Assembly (NCBI GenBank): GCA_964035545.1 | Contig: CAXIUT010000288.1 | Location: 1 to 9,232, forward strand | DNA from: Bugula neritina | Lineage: Eukaryota > Animalia > Bryozoa | Length of the DNA: 9,232 nt | Direction: 5' to 3' | Shown: piece after piece, positions 8,662-9,232 of the stretch | How positions within the stretch are numbered: the first letter of the stretch is position 1 | Layout: every line of letters starts with the position of its first letter | Position numbers and translations under genes: made by a program | Notes under the pieces: model-generated | Told to the model about the DNA's origin: nothing | Database searches by the model: none | What the model saw: only the letters and a program-made list of their open reading frames with translations

Positions 8662-9045
8662 TCACTTAAGTAAATTAAGTTCTCTTCTTTATGCCCTTTT
8701 CTGCCTCTACTGCTCCTTCAAAAACACATAATCATCAATCTACCTTTATCGCTACAACCGGGCTAGCTTCATTCTTGTATTTTCCATCTCTTCCTCAATC
8801 ACACTGTTCAACTTTTCTAGTCTAGCTAGCTAACTTTTTTCAATCTCAATAGCTTAGGCTATTCTAGAACCAAATCTGTGATTTTCAATCAATTGCTCAA
8901 CAGGTAAATTACGACTTATACTGTAGGTAGAAGGCAATATAACTGACTGACTCCTAAATTAGGAAGACCATGTTGAGGAAGTGATGTTAAGTTCTATCTT
9001 CTTGCAAAATGACTACTTTACATTTTAATTATTGACTGATTGCAT
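8662..9045 (-). CDS. Hypothetical protein, 127 aa, Glu/Arg-rich C-terminal coiled coil
   Basis: ATG 9045 to TGA 8662-8664: MQSVNNENVKESFCKK...IAEAIEIEKSELARLEKLNSVIEEEMENTRMKLARLEREREIDDYVFLKEQERQKRAERRELNLLK*. Purine-rich coding strand with AT-rich flanks. Confidence 0.72.
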
Positions 9046-9140
9046 TGATCAAGAGCTAATATAGTAAACTATGATATTATTATAAATAATTATAATAATT
9101 CAATTGACTCTAATCATCAATATTTAAATTATTGGAAATA

Positions 9141-9232
9141 GGGGTTGGGGTTGGGGTTGGGGTTGGGGTTGGGGTTGGGGTTGGGGTTGGGGTTGGGGTT
9201 GGGGTTGGGGTTGGGTTGGGGTTGGGGTTGGG
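9141..9232 (+). repeat. Right telomere, (GGGGTT)n
   Basis: G4T2 array to the last base, with one G3 unit at 9213-9215. Confidence 0.98.

Noticed and set aside
6554-9215. Variant telomere units (G5 at 6554-6558, G3 at 9213-9215) as a mixed-repeat telomerase
   Set aside because: These are isolated homopolymer-length changes, not the T3G3 variant of Paramecium. Sequencing slips are the simpler explanation.
1-9232. CRISPR array, transposon, rRNA or tRNA genes
   Set aside because: The only tandem repeats are spacer-less telomeric hexamers. No transposase or reverse transcriptase motifs, terminal inverted repeats or recognisable structural RNA genes were seen.

Overview
Ciliate macronuclear DNA with Tetrahymena-type telomeres: (C4A2)n at 1-87, (G4T2)n at 9141-9232, and a telomere-length (G4T2)n tract internally at 6506-6600. 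The supplied ORF track is misleading because TAA and TAG are sense codons here. Conserved motifs and codon swaps between paralogs show they encode Glu, not Gln (peritrich-type code, NCBI table 30), and TGA is the only stop. Read this way the window holds eight tightly packed genes: a hypothetical coiled-coil protein (-), DNAAF6/PIH1D3 (+), a hypothetical protein (+), a small HECT E3 ligase with an MGTCCS N-terminus (-), a calpain-family protease (-), two tandem LRR-like paralogs (+; the second has a +1 frameshift) and a small coiled-coil protein (-). Six inferred introns are only 20-22 nt. The most striking feature is the internal telomere tract. It sits immediately before the ATG of LRR copy 1, and the DNA on its left matches the upstream leader of LRR copy 2. 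This suggests the telomere interrupts one contiguous locus (alternative breakage site, or telomere capture and rejoining) rather than joining two unrelated molecules. All translations and alignments were done by eye.
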